64,000 bases of DNA from Planctomycetota bacterium (GTDB lineage Bacteria > Planctomycetota > B15-G4 > SIAN01), in NCBI GenBank assembly GCA_031409275.1, contig JANNXA010000049.1, forward strand, positions 1-64,000. The letters are read 5' to 3'. The position numbers were made by a program, and so were the translations under genes. Positions 48,117 to 60,046 of this stretch are shown here, one piece after another. Below the pieces are notes generated by a model. The model saw only the letters and a program-made list of their open reading frames with translations, made no database searches and was not told where the DNA came from. How positions within the stretch are numbered: the first letter of the stretch is position 1; each line of letters opens with the position of its first letter.

Positions 48117-48362
48117 ATGCGCGAAAGCAAGGTGACGGTCAAGATCCCGCGGCCGCTCTACCGCAAGATCCAGCTCGTCATCGAGAACTCCGGCTTCTCG
48201 TCGCCAACCGATTTTGTCGTCTTCGTGCTCCGCGATCTCCTCGGCGAGGCCGAGCGCAAGAGTGCCGAGCCGACGGCGGCCGCAGCTGCGACCGCGGACG
48301 ACTTTTCCGCGCACGACCTCGAGGCAGTGAAGCACAAGCTGAAGAACCTGGGATACCTGTGA
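48117..48362 (+). CDS. CopG/ribbon-helix-helix small protein ending LKNLGYL
   Basis: VTVKIPRPLYRKI...SGFSSPTDFVVFVLR RHH pattern. Confidence 0.8.
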   Translation: MRESKVTVKIPRPLYRKIQLVIENSGFSSPTDFVVFVLRDLLGEAERKSAEPTAAAAATADDFSAHDLEAVKHKLKNLGYL

Positions 48363-48416
48363 CGCGCCGGTCGGCCGCGGCTTCGCAGCCGCCGGCGCGC
48401 GCGCGTTCTTGAACCG

Positions 48417-48458
48417 CGTTTCTGACACCGTTTCTGAAGACACCGTTTCTGAAGACAC
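48417..48458 (+). repeat. direct repeats CGTTTCTGA(AGA)CAC x3 upstream of sat
   Basis: 48417-48428 (12 bp), 48429-48443 and 48444-48458 (identical 15-mers), abutting the SD. Confidence 0.75.
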
Positions 48459-48469
48459 AGAGGAATTCG

Positions 48470-49624
48470 ATGATCGCTCCGCATGGTGGACGGCTGGTGA
48501 ACCGGATGGTCGAGGGCGGCGAGCGCGATCGCCTGCTCGCTTCGGCTCCGAAGCTCCCGAAGGTGGTCCTGAACGCGCGCGAGATGGCCGACGTCGACAT
48601 GATCGCCGTCGGTGCCATGAGCCCGCTGCAGGGCTTCATGGGCAAGGCGGACTACGACGCCGTGCTCGCGACGCGCCGACTGAACAACGGCCTGCCGTGG
48701 ACGATCCCGATCGTGCTCGCCGTCAAGCCCGGCACGAGCGCCGAGGCGTACAAGGAGGGCAGCGATGTCGCCCTCGAGACGACCGACGGGCAGCTGCTCG
48801 CCATCCTCCACCTCGACTCGAAGTGGAAGATGGACAAGGGTGACGAGGCGCGGAAGGTGCTGCGCACGGACGACAAGGCGCACCCTGGCGTCGGCTACCT
48901 CGAGTCGATCGGCGACACCTACCTCGGCGGCACGCTGTCGGTGGTCAACCGCCTGAAGTACGACAAGTACAACAACCGCCGCCTCGACCCGGTCGAGACG
49001 CGGACGCTCTTCAAGAGCAAGGGCTGGAACACGATCGTCGCGTTCCAGACGCGCAACCCGATCCATCGCGCGCACGAGTACCTCACCAAGGTCGCGCTCG
49101 AAGTCGTCGACGGCCTGATGCTCCACCCGCTGATGGGCGAGACCAAGAGCGACGACGTCCCGGCCGACGTGCGCATGAAGTGCTACGAAGCGCTCCTCGC
49201 CGGCTACTACCCGAAGGAGCGCACGGCGCTCGCCGTCTATCCGCAGGCGATGCGCTACGGCGGGCCAAGCGAGGCCGTTCTCCACGCGATCTGCCGCAAG
49301 AACTACGGCTGCACCCACTTCATCGTCGGTCGCGACCACGCCGGCGTCGGCAGCTACTACGGCAGCTACGACGCGCAGAAGATCTTCGAGGAGTACGCCC
49401 CCGGCGAAGTCGGGATCAACCTCCTCAAGTTCGAGAACTCGTTCTGGTGCAAGCGCACCAACGGCATGGCCTCGACCAAGTCGAGCCCGGCCACGCCGGA
49501 AGAGCGCATCAACCTCTCGGGCACGCAGGTGCGCGAGATGCTGCGCGCCGGCACCATCCCGCCGGTCGAGTTCACGCGCCCGGAGATCGCGAAGATCCTG
49601 ATCGACGCGCTCAAGGCGACCTGA
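48470..49624 (+). CDS. sat: sulfate adenylyltransferase (ATP sulfurylase)
   Basis: IAPHGGRL, SPLQGFM, AFQTRNPIHRAHEY, HFIVGRDHAGVG, LSGT.VR. Confidence 0.97.
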   Translation: MIAPHGGRLVNRMVEGGERDRLLASAPKLPKVVLNAREMADVDMIAVGAMSPLQGFMGKADYDAVLATRRLNNGLPWTIPIVLAVKPGTSAEAYKEGSDVALETTDGQLLAILHLDSKWKMDKGDEARKVLRTDDKAHPGVGYLESIGDTYLGGTLSVVNRLKYDKYNNRRLDPVETRTLFKSKGWNTIVAFQTRNPIHRAHEYLTKVALEVVDGLMLHPLMGETKSDDVPADVRMKCYEALLAGYYPKERTALAVYPQAMRYGGPSEAVLHAICRKNYGCTHFIVGRDHAGVGSYYGSYDAQKIFEEYAPGEVGINLLKFENSFWCKRTNGMASTKSSPATPEERINLSGTQVREMLRAGTIPPVEFTRPEIAKILIDALKAT

Positions 49625-49684
49625 TCGCGCGTCCGCCGCGATTCCTCCCTAACTCCCCCAAAGACTCAAGGAAACGGACGACCC

Positions 49685-50284
49685 ATGGAAGGTTTCACGC
49701 TCTGGTTCACCGGGCTCTCGGGCTCGGGCAAGTCGACGCTCGCGGAACGGATCAAGAACGAGCTGATCGAGCGCGGCATGAAGGTCGAGCTGCTCGACGG
49801 CGACGAGTTCCGCACGACGCTCAGCAAGGGGCTCGGCTTCAGCAAGGAAGACCGCGACACCAACATCCGCCGCATCGGTTACGTGGCGAAGCTGCTGTCG
49901 CGCAACGGCGTCGTGGCGATCACCGCCGCGATCTCGCCCTATCGCGATACGCGCAACGAGCAGCGCCAGAAGATCGGGCGCTTCTTCGAGGTCTACACCG
50001 AATGCGATCTCGACACCCTCGAGGCGCGCGACGTGAAGGGGCTCTACAAGAAGGCGCGCGCCGGCCAGATCAAGAACTTCACCGGCGTCGATGACCCGTA
50101 CGAGCCGCCGACCAGCCCCGAGGTCCACTGCAACACGGCGAAGGAGGAGCAGGACGCCTGCTTCGACCGCATCCTCACCGCGCTCGAAGCGCGCGGCTGG
50201 GTGGCGAAGCCCGCCGGCGATGGCATCGACCAGGCGACCGAGGCCGCTGCGATGCGCTCGCTCAAGGCGAAGGGTTTCATCTGA
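49685..50284 (+). CDS. cysC: adenylyl-sulfate kinase
   Basis: [45 protein letters not shown]. Confidence 0.97.
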   Translation: MEGFTLWFTGLSGSGKSTLAERIKNELIERGMKVELLDGDEFRTTLSKGLGFSKEDRDTNIRRIGYVAKLLSRNGVVAITAAISPYRDTRNEQRQKIGRFFEVYTECDLDTLEARDVKGLYKKARAGQIKNFTGVDDPYEPPTSPEVHCNTAKEEQDACFDRILTALEARGWVAKPAGDGIDQATEAAAMRSLKAKGFI

Positions 50285-50356
50285 CGATTGCCGGCACCTC
50301 CGGCGTGGACGGCACGACGGCAACTCCGTCCAAGTCGTCACGTCGGAGGTGCAGCG

Positions 50357-50620
50357 ATGGCGGATCTCTTCAGCGTCCTGGCCTACATCGGGCCGGGAAT
50401 CGGTCATTCCTCCCCGTGGTCGACCTGGCTCGACCAGGCGTGCGTCAGTGTCGTGATGACGATCGTGGTCGGCGCGCTCCTCGGCCTTGCCGGCGCGCTG
50501 CCTGGGGCGCTTTGGATCGGCTGGTATTCCGCGCGCATGGCGCCGCGGCGGTTCGCACGCCGGGTCACGCTTCGGATCGGGTCGACTTTTCCCGACGCGC
50601 TGGCCGATCACCCGCGTTGA
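50357..50620 (+). CDS. small membrane protein with N-terminal YIGPG motif
   Basis: GGAGG SD; MADLFSVLAYIGPG...TM...basic tail. Confidence 0.6.
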   Translation: MADLFSVLAYIGPGIGHSSPWSTWLDQACVSVVMTIVVGALLGLAGALPGALWIGWYSARMAPRRFARRVTLRIGSTFPDALADHPR

Positions 50621-50731
50621 GGAAGGCTTGCCTCGCACCACGATGGCGCCTCAAGCTCGGGGGCTATACCTGTCGTACCTTTCGCGATCGAAGCGGCGGC
50701 CCGCGCGCCGCCGTCATGGTTTGAGGTCTGC

Positions 50732-52920
<2,189 letters not shown>

Positions 52921-52924
<4 letters not shown>

Positions 52925-54957
52925 GCCGAAAGGACGCCTCCGTGACCTTGCAGAGCCACCGTTTCCCGATCGCCGCGCTGCTGCTCGGCGCGCTTGCGCT
53001 CGCGGCGCCCTCCTGTAGCCGCTCCTACGGCGTCAGCGGCAAGAAGCTCGTCGTGCTCGGCATCGACGGCATGGACCCGAACCTGCTGCGCGAGTACATG
53101 GACGCCGGCCTGCTGCCGAACTTCAAGGAGTTGGCCGACTCCGGCACCTTCCTGCCGCTTGGCACCAGCAACCCGCCGCAGTCGCCGGTCGCGTGGTCGA
53201 ACTTCATCACCGGGATGGATCCTGGCGGCCACGGCGTCTACGACTTCCTCCATCGCGATCCGCAGACCTACCTGCCCGTGAGTTCGACGCAGATCACCGA
53301 AGGCGAACCGACGACGTTCTCGCTGCCGGGCGACTATCAGCTCGAGCTGCCAGCCGACAGCCGCCCGGTTCGTCAGGGTGCCGCGTTCTGGGACCTGCTC
53401 GGCGAGGCGGGGATTCGCTGCGACGTCTATCGCATGCCCGCCGCCTATCCGATCCAGGCCAGCGATCAGCTGACGCTCTCCGACATGGGGACGCCCGACC
53501 TGCAAGGCGGCATCGACGGGATGTACGCCTACTACACCAGCGACGTCCCGGACAACTTCGACAAGGTGCACGGCGGGATCTGGAAGCAGGTGAAGCTGCA
53601 GAAGGGGCGCGCTGACGCGAAGCTCTACGGACCGCCGAGCCCCTTCAAGACGCCGCCCGAGGGCAAGCACGAGGTCGCGAAGTCGGAGCAGCCGTTCACG
53701 ATCTTCGTCGACCCGACCGAAGAGGTCGTCCACATCGCGATCGAGGGTGGCGACGCCTGCGTGCTCGAGAAGGGGCAGTGGAGCGACTGGCTGCGCTGCT
53801 CGTTCGACCTCGGCCTGAAGCAGTCGATGGGCGGCATGGTGAAGTTCTACGTGCAGCAGGTGCGCCCGAACCTGCGCCTCTACTGCTCGCCGGTGAACAT
53901 CGACCCGCGTGCGCCGTGCATGCCGATCTCGACGCCCGACGACGCCGCCGTGATCGACCTCGCCGCCTCGATCGGCCCGTTCTACACGCAGGGTCTTGCC
54001 GAGGAGACCAAGGCGCTGCAGGAAGGGACGATCGACGACCGCGAGTTCATCGAGCAGTGCAACGACATCCATCACGAGCGCATGCGCATGCTCGACCACG
54101 CGCTCGCGCATTTCGACGACGGGCTGCTCTTCTTCTATTTCTCCACCGTCGACCTGCGCAGTCACATGATGTGGCGCCACATCGCGGCCGGTCACCCGGC
54201 GCGCGACGAGAAGATCGCGGCGCAGTACGCCCGCTCGATCGAGGATTCCTACGTCCTCATGGACCAGGCGCTCGGTCACCTGCGCGAGAAGATCGGCGAG
54301 GCGACGCCGCTGATGGTCCTCTCCGACCACGGCTTCTCGCCCTTCACGCGCCGCGTCAACTTGAACAACTGGCTGCTGAAGGAGGGCTACCTCGTCCTCA
54401 CCGAGAAGGCGGCGCAGGACCCGAAGGGGGTCTACTCGCTCGCCGAGGGCGGCGGTGTCGACCGCTCGAAGTCGCGCGCCTATGCGGTCGGATTCAACGG
54501 CATCTACCTGAACCAGAAGGGGCGCGAGAAAGAGGGCGTTGTCGAACCGGCCGCGCGCGACGCGCTGCTGGCCGAGATCCGCGGCAAGCTGCTCGCGCTG
54601 CGCGACGAGTCGAAGGGTGGCGCCAAGGTGGTCTTCCGCGCCGATCTGCGCGACGAGATCTACCACGGTGATCAGCTCGACCACGCACCCGACCTCGTCG
54701 TCGGCTACGACCGCGGATTTGGCGCTTCCGACACCACGGCGCTTGGCCAGGTGCAGCCGCGCGACGCCTTCGTCGAGGACAACAAGGACCTCTGGAGCGG
54801 CAACCACTTGATGGCGCCCGATGTGGTGCCGGGCATCTTCCTCACCAACCGCAAGATCGATCCGAAGGACCCCTGCCTGTACGACCTCACGGTGACGATG
54901 CTCGCCTACTTCGGCGTCAGCAAACCCGCCGTGATGCGCGGCAAGAGCCTGTTCTGA
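52921..54957 (+). CDS. AlkP/NPP-superfamily protein, predicted exported/lipoprotein
   Basis: Hydrophobic leader ending APSC; GIDGMD, PPQSPVAW, DLRSH, SDHG, WSGNH; ATGA overlap. Confidence 0.88.
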
Positions 54958-55053
54958 ATCGAGCCGGATCGCCGCGCTCGCGACTCGTGACCTGAACCAA
55001 CCACGACCCAACGACCCGCGCCTGCGCTGCAGGCGCTTCCGACGGAGCAACCC

Positions 55054-55254
55054 ATGTTCGGTGGCAACAAGGTCAAGCTCGAGAAGGATGTCTTCGAGAA
55101 GCTGAAGAAGTTCGCGGCCGCGGCCGGCTACAGCTCGCTCGACGAGTTCGTGAACCACATCCTCGAGCGCGAGCTGCAGTCGATGGACACTGGCGGCAGC
55201 GAGGACCCCGAGGCGATGCGCGAGAAGCTGCGCGGCCTCGGCTACATCTCCTGA
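55054..55254 (+). CDS. RHH-like small protein ending LRGLGYIS
   Basis: GGAG SD; KVKLEKDVFEKL...AGYSSLDEFVNHILERE, similar to 48117-48362. Confidence 0.8.
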   Translation: MFGGNKVKLEKDVFEKLKKFAAAAGYSSLDEFVNHILERELQSMDTGGSEDPEAMREKLRGLGYIS

Positions 55255-55346
55255 TCGCAGCCACCACGACGAACGCATGAGGCGCCCGCCGCCTGCCCCC
55301 GACTCCGGGGTGCGGGACGGCGCGGCGTGCGGAGCACGGAGCGAAG

Positions 55347-56192
55347 ATGGATGCGGTGAATCGCGCGATGAAGTCGACGTTCGACGTCCTGTGGACGCCG
55401 TTCGCTTCGGCCCCGTTGTGGGTCGGAGTGCTGGTGCTTGGCGTCGCCTTCGGCGTCCTCGCGCTGATCGCGATGAAGTACACGACCAATCCCAAGCGCG
55501 TCAGCCACTACAAGGACCGCTACCAGGGGCACATCCTCGCCATCAAGCTGTTCCGCGACAGCTTCTCGGTGGTGATCAGTTCGCTCGGGCGGACGCTGGC
55601 CTGGGTCGGCGCCTACCTCACCGAGCAGTTCAAGCCGATGCTGGTGATGCTCATCCCGTTCATGCTGCTCTTCGCGCAGATGCAGATGCGGCTTGGCTAT
55701 CGGCCGCTCGACGTCGGTGCGCCGGTGCTGTTGACGGTCGACCTCGCTCCCGGCCAGTCGGTCGAGGCGATGGCGCTGTCGCTGCAGATGCCGGAAGGTC
55801 TCGAGTCACGCACGAAGATGGTGCGCGAGCCCGGCGAGAACCGCGTCGTGATGTCGATCGCCGCGAAGTCCGCCGGCGCCCACGTGCTCAAGCTGACCTG
55901 CGCGGGCGAGACGGTCGAGAAGACGATCCACGCGGGCGCGCTCGCGGGCGCGCCGATGGTCTTCCCGGTGCGCTCGAACGACTTCGTCGACCAGCTGCTC
56001 TATCCGGGGGAGGACTCCTTCGGCGCGACCTCGCACTTCCGCCGCATCTCGCTCGCCTATCCGGTGCGCCCGATCGACTGCTTCGGCTTCGACTTGAGCT
56101 TCGGCAGCGAGATCGGCATGGCGATGACGTTCGTCCTCATCACGATCGTCGCGGCCTTCGGGTTGAAGGGCGTCTTCGGCGTCACCATCTGA
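55347..56192 (+). CDS. DUF106/EMC3/TMCO1 (Oxa1-superfamily)-like membrane protein with beta-rich soluble domain
   Basis: Amphipathic helix, TM1, helical loop, FKPMLVMLIPFMLLF TM, beta domain, C-terminal TM ending KGVFGVTI. Confidence 0.6.
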   Translation: MDAVNRAMKSTFDVLWTPFASAPLWVGVLVLGVAFGVLALIAMKYTTNPKRVSHYKDRYQGHILAIKLFRDSFSVVISSLGRTLAWVGAYLTEQFKPMLVMLIPFMLLFAQMQMRLGYRPLDVGAPVLLTVDLAPGQSVEAMALSLQMPEGLESRTKMVREPGENRVVMSIAAKSAGAHVLKLTCAGETVEKTIHAGALAGAPMVFPVRSNDFVDQLLYPGEDSFGATSHFRRISLAYPVRPIDCFGFDLSFGSEIGMAMTFVLITIVAAFGLKGVFGVTI

Positions 56193-56215
56193 CGCCCCCG
56201 CCGTCGACGCCACCG

Positions 56216-56779
56216 ATGCCCCGTTCCGAGCAGAGCTACGACCCGCAGGTCGAACGCGCGATCGCCCTGGCGCTGCGCGCGCATGCGGGGCAGGAGCGCA
56301 AGGGGCAGGTCGGCGTTCCCTACGTCGTCCACCCGCTGCACGTCGGGATGCTCCTGGCACGCCACGGCTTCGAACCCGAGGTGGTGGCGGCGGGCATCCT
56401 CCACGACGTGGTGGAGGACTGCGACATCGGGCTTCCCGAGCTCGCGCTGCGTTTCACGCCGCGGGTCGTCGCGCTGGTGGCCGAGGTGAGCGAGTCGAAA
56501 GAGAAGAGCTGGGAGCAGAGGAAGCAGCACACGATCGACGCGATCCCCGGAATGAGCGATGGGGCGCGCGCCGTGACGGCGGCCGACAAGGTGCACAACC
56601 TCGCCGACCTCGAGCGACTGCTCGGCGAGCGCGGCGAAGAGGTGTGGAAGCTCTTCCGGCGCGGGCGCGGCCCGACGCTCGACTACTACGAGCGGGTCCA
56701 CGCGCAGCTGGCTCGCCACTTCGCCCACGCGCTCACCGACGAGCTTCGGCTGCGCTTCGACGCCGTCGCGCAGCGCTGA
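56216..56779 (+). CDS. HD-domain small alarmone hydrolase-like (Mesh1/SAH)
   Basis: AH.GQ.RK, PYVVHP, LHDVVED, ADKVHN. Confidence 0.88.
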   Translation: MPRSEQSYDPQVERAIALALRAHAGQERKGQVGVPYVVHPLHVGMLLARHGFEPEVVAAGILHDVVEDCDIGLPELALRFTPRVVALVAEVSESKEKSWEQRKQHTIDAIPGMSDGARAVTAADKVHNLADLERLLGERGEEVWKLFRRGRGPTLDYYERVHAQLARHFAHALTDELRLRFDAVAQR

Positions 56780-56806
56780 CCGAGCGCACGGCCGGAGCGA
56801 AAGAAC

Positions 56807-56841
56807 GCGACCCCGGCACGCGCGAGGCGGGCCGGGGTCGC
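56807..56841. terminator. hairpin between convergent genes
   Basis: GCGACCCCGGC...GCCGGGGTCGC 11-bp stem. Confidence 0.55.
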
Positions 56842-56870
56842 TTCGAAGTCACGAACTGCGGGGCGGTCGA

Positions 56871-57170
56871 TCAACCGCCGGCGAGGCCCGCGTCCCAGCT
56901 CGGGCCGTGGGTCACCTGGTCCTTCTTGGTGCGCTTCTTGTCCTCGGGGAACGGTCCTGCCGCGTTCAGCGCGGTGTACTCCGCGTCGGCGCGATCGCCC
57001 GACGTGATCGCCTGCGGCGGGCAGACCGGTTCGCACGCGCTGCAATCGATGCAGGTGTTCGGGTCGATGATCAGGAGCGTCTCGGTCTCGAAGAAGCACT
57101 CGACGGGGCACACCTCGACGCAGTCCCCGTACTTGCAAAGAACGCACGGCTTGCCGACGACATAGGCCAC
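56871..57170 (-). CDS. fdxA: FdxA-type ferredoxin
   Basis: AYVVGKPCVLCKYGDCVEVCPVECF...CIDCSACEPVCP; GAGGAG SD before GTG. Confidence 0.9.
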   Translation of the reverse strand: MAYVVGKPCVLCKYGDCVEVCPVECFFETETLLIIDPNTCIDCSACEPVCPPQAITSGDRADAEYTALNAAGPFPEDKKRTKKDQVTHGPSWDAGLAGG

Positions 57171-57271
57171 GGACGTTTCTCCTCGGCTTTGGGGATTCGG
57201 CGCCCGCGTGAGCGGCGGCGCGATGAACGAAGGTCGGCGGATGATACTGACGAGCTGAAGCGACTTAAAGC

Positions 57272-58297
57272 TCACCAGACGTCGCTGTCGCCGATCGTGT
57301 AGTAGCACTGATCCAGCGCCTCCTCGCGGGTCGGCCGCTCGACGAAGAGGTTCATGCAGAGGACATAGAGCCCCGGTTCGGTACGGAATCCAGCGGCGAG
57401 CGCGTGGGCGAACGTTGGATGGCGCTCCGGCAGCCATGCCTCGATGCGCGCATGTTCGGTGGCTCGGGCGATCTGCGTGGCGGTCCGCAGCGCCAGCGCG
57501 AGGCCTGCCGCGTCATCGGGGGCGCCAAACCAGTCGGTCAGCGCGAGGATCGGCAGCTTCTGCCAGCGAGGCCGCAGCACGAACCACGCGCGCAGCTCAC
57601 CGCTGCCCTTCTCGCGCACCAGGAACCGACGGTAGGGGAGCCACGGACAGCGGTCGTAGCGCCAGGCGAGGTAGGCGTGGTCGCGGACGTGCGCCAGCGG
57701 GTAGCGCGGCGCGAGCCGCTGCCAGAGCCGGTCGACTTCCGCCGGGAAGCGCTCGACCTCGACGACGTCCGCGGAGCCGACATGGTCGCGACCGACCTGC
57801 TCGTCGTCGCCGTCCTGGAAGAAGTTGCGGAAGAGCACCGGCACCGGCGCGATGAAGGGGTTGTACTTCAGCAGGCGCCGGCCGATCGGATAGACGCGGC
57901 GGTTCGGGAATCCGTAGTGCACCGCGCATTCGGGGAGCTGCTCGTAGCCGGCGAAGAAGGCCTTCGCGGTGCGCAGGAAGATCCCCTCCTTCTGCAGGCC
58001 GCGGCGCCAGTCGGGGTGCACCATCGAGTCGACCATCTGCGCCGACACGTGCACCTGCGACCCGATCTGGATGCGGGCCGGGAGCCCGCCGTAGTGCGAG
58101 ATGATCCGCCCGCCCGGCTCGACGCCGACCATGATGCGGCGACCCATCGGGTTCTCGTCCCACAGCCAGCGCCACTGCGCCAGCGTGCGCTGCTCGAAGG
58201 CGGGATCGCCCTCGCCGAAGACGACGTTGAAGAGCTCGACGAGCCCTTCTTCGTCGCCAGGCCGGTAGGGGCGCACCTCGCAGCTGGTTTCGCTCAT
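57272..58297 (-). CDS. GNAT-family acetyltransferase (tandem GNAT)
   Basis: DSMVHPDWR, YGFPN, RDHAYLAWRY, GDSD C-terminus. Confidence 0.8.
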   Translation of the reverse strand: MSETSCEVRPYRPGDEEGLVELFNVVFGEGDPAFEQRTLAQWRWLWDENPMGRRIMVGVEPGGRIISHYGGLPARIQIGSQVHVSAQMVDSMVHPDWRRGLQKEGIFLRTAKAFFAGYEQLPECAVHYGFPNRRVYPIGRRLLKYNPFIAPVPVLFRNFFQDGDDEQVGRDHVGSADVVEVERFPAEVDRLWQRLAPRYPLAHVRDHAYLAWRYDRCPWLPYRRFLVREKGSGELRAWFVLRPRWQKLPILALTDWFGAPDDAAGLALALRTATQIARATEHARIEAWLPERHPTFAHALAAGFRTEPGLYVLCMNLFVERPTREEALDQCYYTIGDSDVW

Positions 58298-58335
58298 GGA
58301 CGCGGCTTCCTCGATGCCGCACCATATCGGCCGTC

Positions 58336-60042
58336 ATGGACGCCCCGCTGCTGCCTCTGTTGCGCGAACGCTTCGGACTGACCGCCTTCCGCGGCAGCCA
58401 GGAGCGCGTCGTGCGTCATCTGCTGGCGGGCGGCGACGCGCTGGTGGCGTGGCCGACCGGCAGCGGCAAGTCGCTGGTCTACCAGCTGCCCGCGCTGCTC
58501 CTCTCGGCGCCGACCGTGGTCCTCTCGCCGCTGATCGCGCTGATGGAGGACCAGGTGGCGGCGTTGCGTGCGCGTGGCATCGCGGCCACCTTCATCAACT
58601 CGACGCTCGACCGCCCCGAGCGCGAGCGCCGCGCCGCGGCCTTCGCGGCCGGCCGCCATCCGCTGCTCTACGTCACGCCGGAGCGCTTCCGCGACCCGAC
58701 CTTCCTGGCCGCGGTGGCCGCGCGCCCGCCCGGCCTGCTCGCCGTCGACGAAGCGCATTGCATCAGCACCTGGGGCCACGACTTCCGCCCCGAGTATGGA
58801 CGCGTCGGTCGCTTGCGTGCGCTGCTTGGCCAGCCACCGACCGTCGCGCTCACCGCCACGGCGACGCCCGCCGTGCTGGCCGAGATCGAGCAGCGACTCG
58901 AGCTGCGCGCGCCGCTGATCGAGCGTTCAGGGCTCGAGCGCGAGAACCTCTTCCTGGCGGCGAGCGAGCCCGCCGACGAGGTGCAGAAGTGGTTGCGGGT
59001 GGCGCAGCTCCTCGCGCGCATCGGCGGCGCCGGAATCGTCTATGGCGCGCTGATCCGCGACCTCCACCGGCTCGAGGACGAGCTGGCGCGCGGCGGTCAG
59101 CGCTTGCTGATCTATCACGGCGACCTGTCGCGCGAAGAGCGGCGCGCGATGCATCGCCGCTTCCAGGCGCCGGGCGATGCGCGCGTGCTGGCGACCCGCG
59201 CCTTCGGCATGGGGATCGACAAGCCCGACCTGCGTCTGCTGCTGCACCATCAGCTGCCCGGCTCGATCGAGGAGCTGTGGCAGGAGATCGGGCGCGCGGG
59301 CCGCGACGGCAAACCCTCCTACTGCGAGCTGCTCTACTCCTCCGACGACCTCGCGATCCAGATGCAGTTCGTGCGCGCCGCCAATCCCGACCGCCGCCTT
59401 TTCCGCGAGGTGGTGCAGCGCCTCTCCGAATGGAGCGCGCGCGGAGAGGCGTTCGATCGCGAGTCGCTGCGCCTCGCCGTGACCGGCAAGTCGGCGGCGG
59501 ATGGTCGCGTCGACACCTGCGTCGCCTGGCTGGTCGCGCTCGGCGCGCTGGAAGGGGACCTCGATCGCGGCCGCGCGCGCCTGGTGCGTGCGCTCGATCC
59601 CGACGACGAGCCGGCGGAGCTCGGGGCCGACAAGCAGAAGCGCGATCTCGAGCGGCTCGCCAAGGTGGTGGAGTACGTGCGCACGCGCGCCTGCCGGCGC
59701 CTCTACCTGCACGACTACTTCGGGCTACCCGCACCGCCGGCCCATTGCGACGCATGCGACGTCTGCGTCGATCGGGACGAGTGGATCGAGGCGAACCTCG
59801 CCCGACCGGTGGCCGCCACCACGAGCGCCACGGCCGCCGCGGCGCCGCTCGACGGCGCACCGCCGGTGCGCGAGCTGCCCGCACGCGGCGACTTCGTGCG
59901 CGTCGATGGCCAGTGGATCGGTCGCGTCGTGCGGGTGAGCGGTCGCGGCCGCGATGCGCAGGTCGAAGTCGAGCTGGCGACTACGCTCGAGACGCGCCGC
60001 TTCCCGGTTCGCCGCCATCGCATCGAACGGCTCGACGCTTGA
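58336..60042 (+). CDS. recQ: RecQ-family DNA helicase (no HRDC)
   Basis: PTGSGKS, DEAHCIS.WGHDFRP, TATA, AFGMGIDK, QEIGRAGRDG, CRR...CDACDVC. Confidence 0.92.
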   Translation: MDAPLLPLLRERFGLTAFRGSQERVVRHLLAGGDALVAWPTGSGKSLVYQLPALLLSAPTVVLSPLIALMEDQVAALRARGIAATFINSTLDRPERERRAAAFAAGRHPLLYVTPERFRDPTFLAAVAARPPGLLAVDEAHCISTWGHDFRPEYGRVGRLRALLGQPPTVALTATATPAVLAEIEQRLELRAPLIERSGLERENLFLAASEPADEVQKWLRVAQLLARIGGAGIVYGALIRDLHRLEDELARGGQRLLIYHGDLSREERRAMHRRFQAPGDARVLATRAFGMGIDKPDLRLLLHHQLPGSIEELWQEIGRAGRDGKPSYCELLYSSDDLAIQMQFVRAANPDRRLFREVVQRLSEWSARGEAFDRESLRLAVTGKSAADGRVDTCVAWLVALGALEGDLDRGRARLVRALDPDDEPAELGADKQKRDLERLAKVVEYVRTRACRRLYLHDYFGLPAPPAHCDACDVCVDRDEWIEANLARPVAATTSATAAAAPLDGAPPVRELPARGDFVRVDGQWIGRVVRVSGRGRDAQVEVELATTLETRRFPVRRHRIERLDA

Positions 60043-60046
60043 ACCG

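Noticed and set aside
48470..50284. Assimilatory or dissimilatory sulfate reduction operon
   Set aside because: No cysH/cysIJ/apr/dsr in the window; context points to PAPS supply for sulfation
55685..55706. MRLGYRP as another copy of the LxxLGY tail
   Set aside because: Internal, directly after a TM helix, lacking the preceding acidic helix and the following aliphatic residue; probably coincidental
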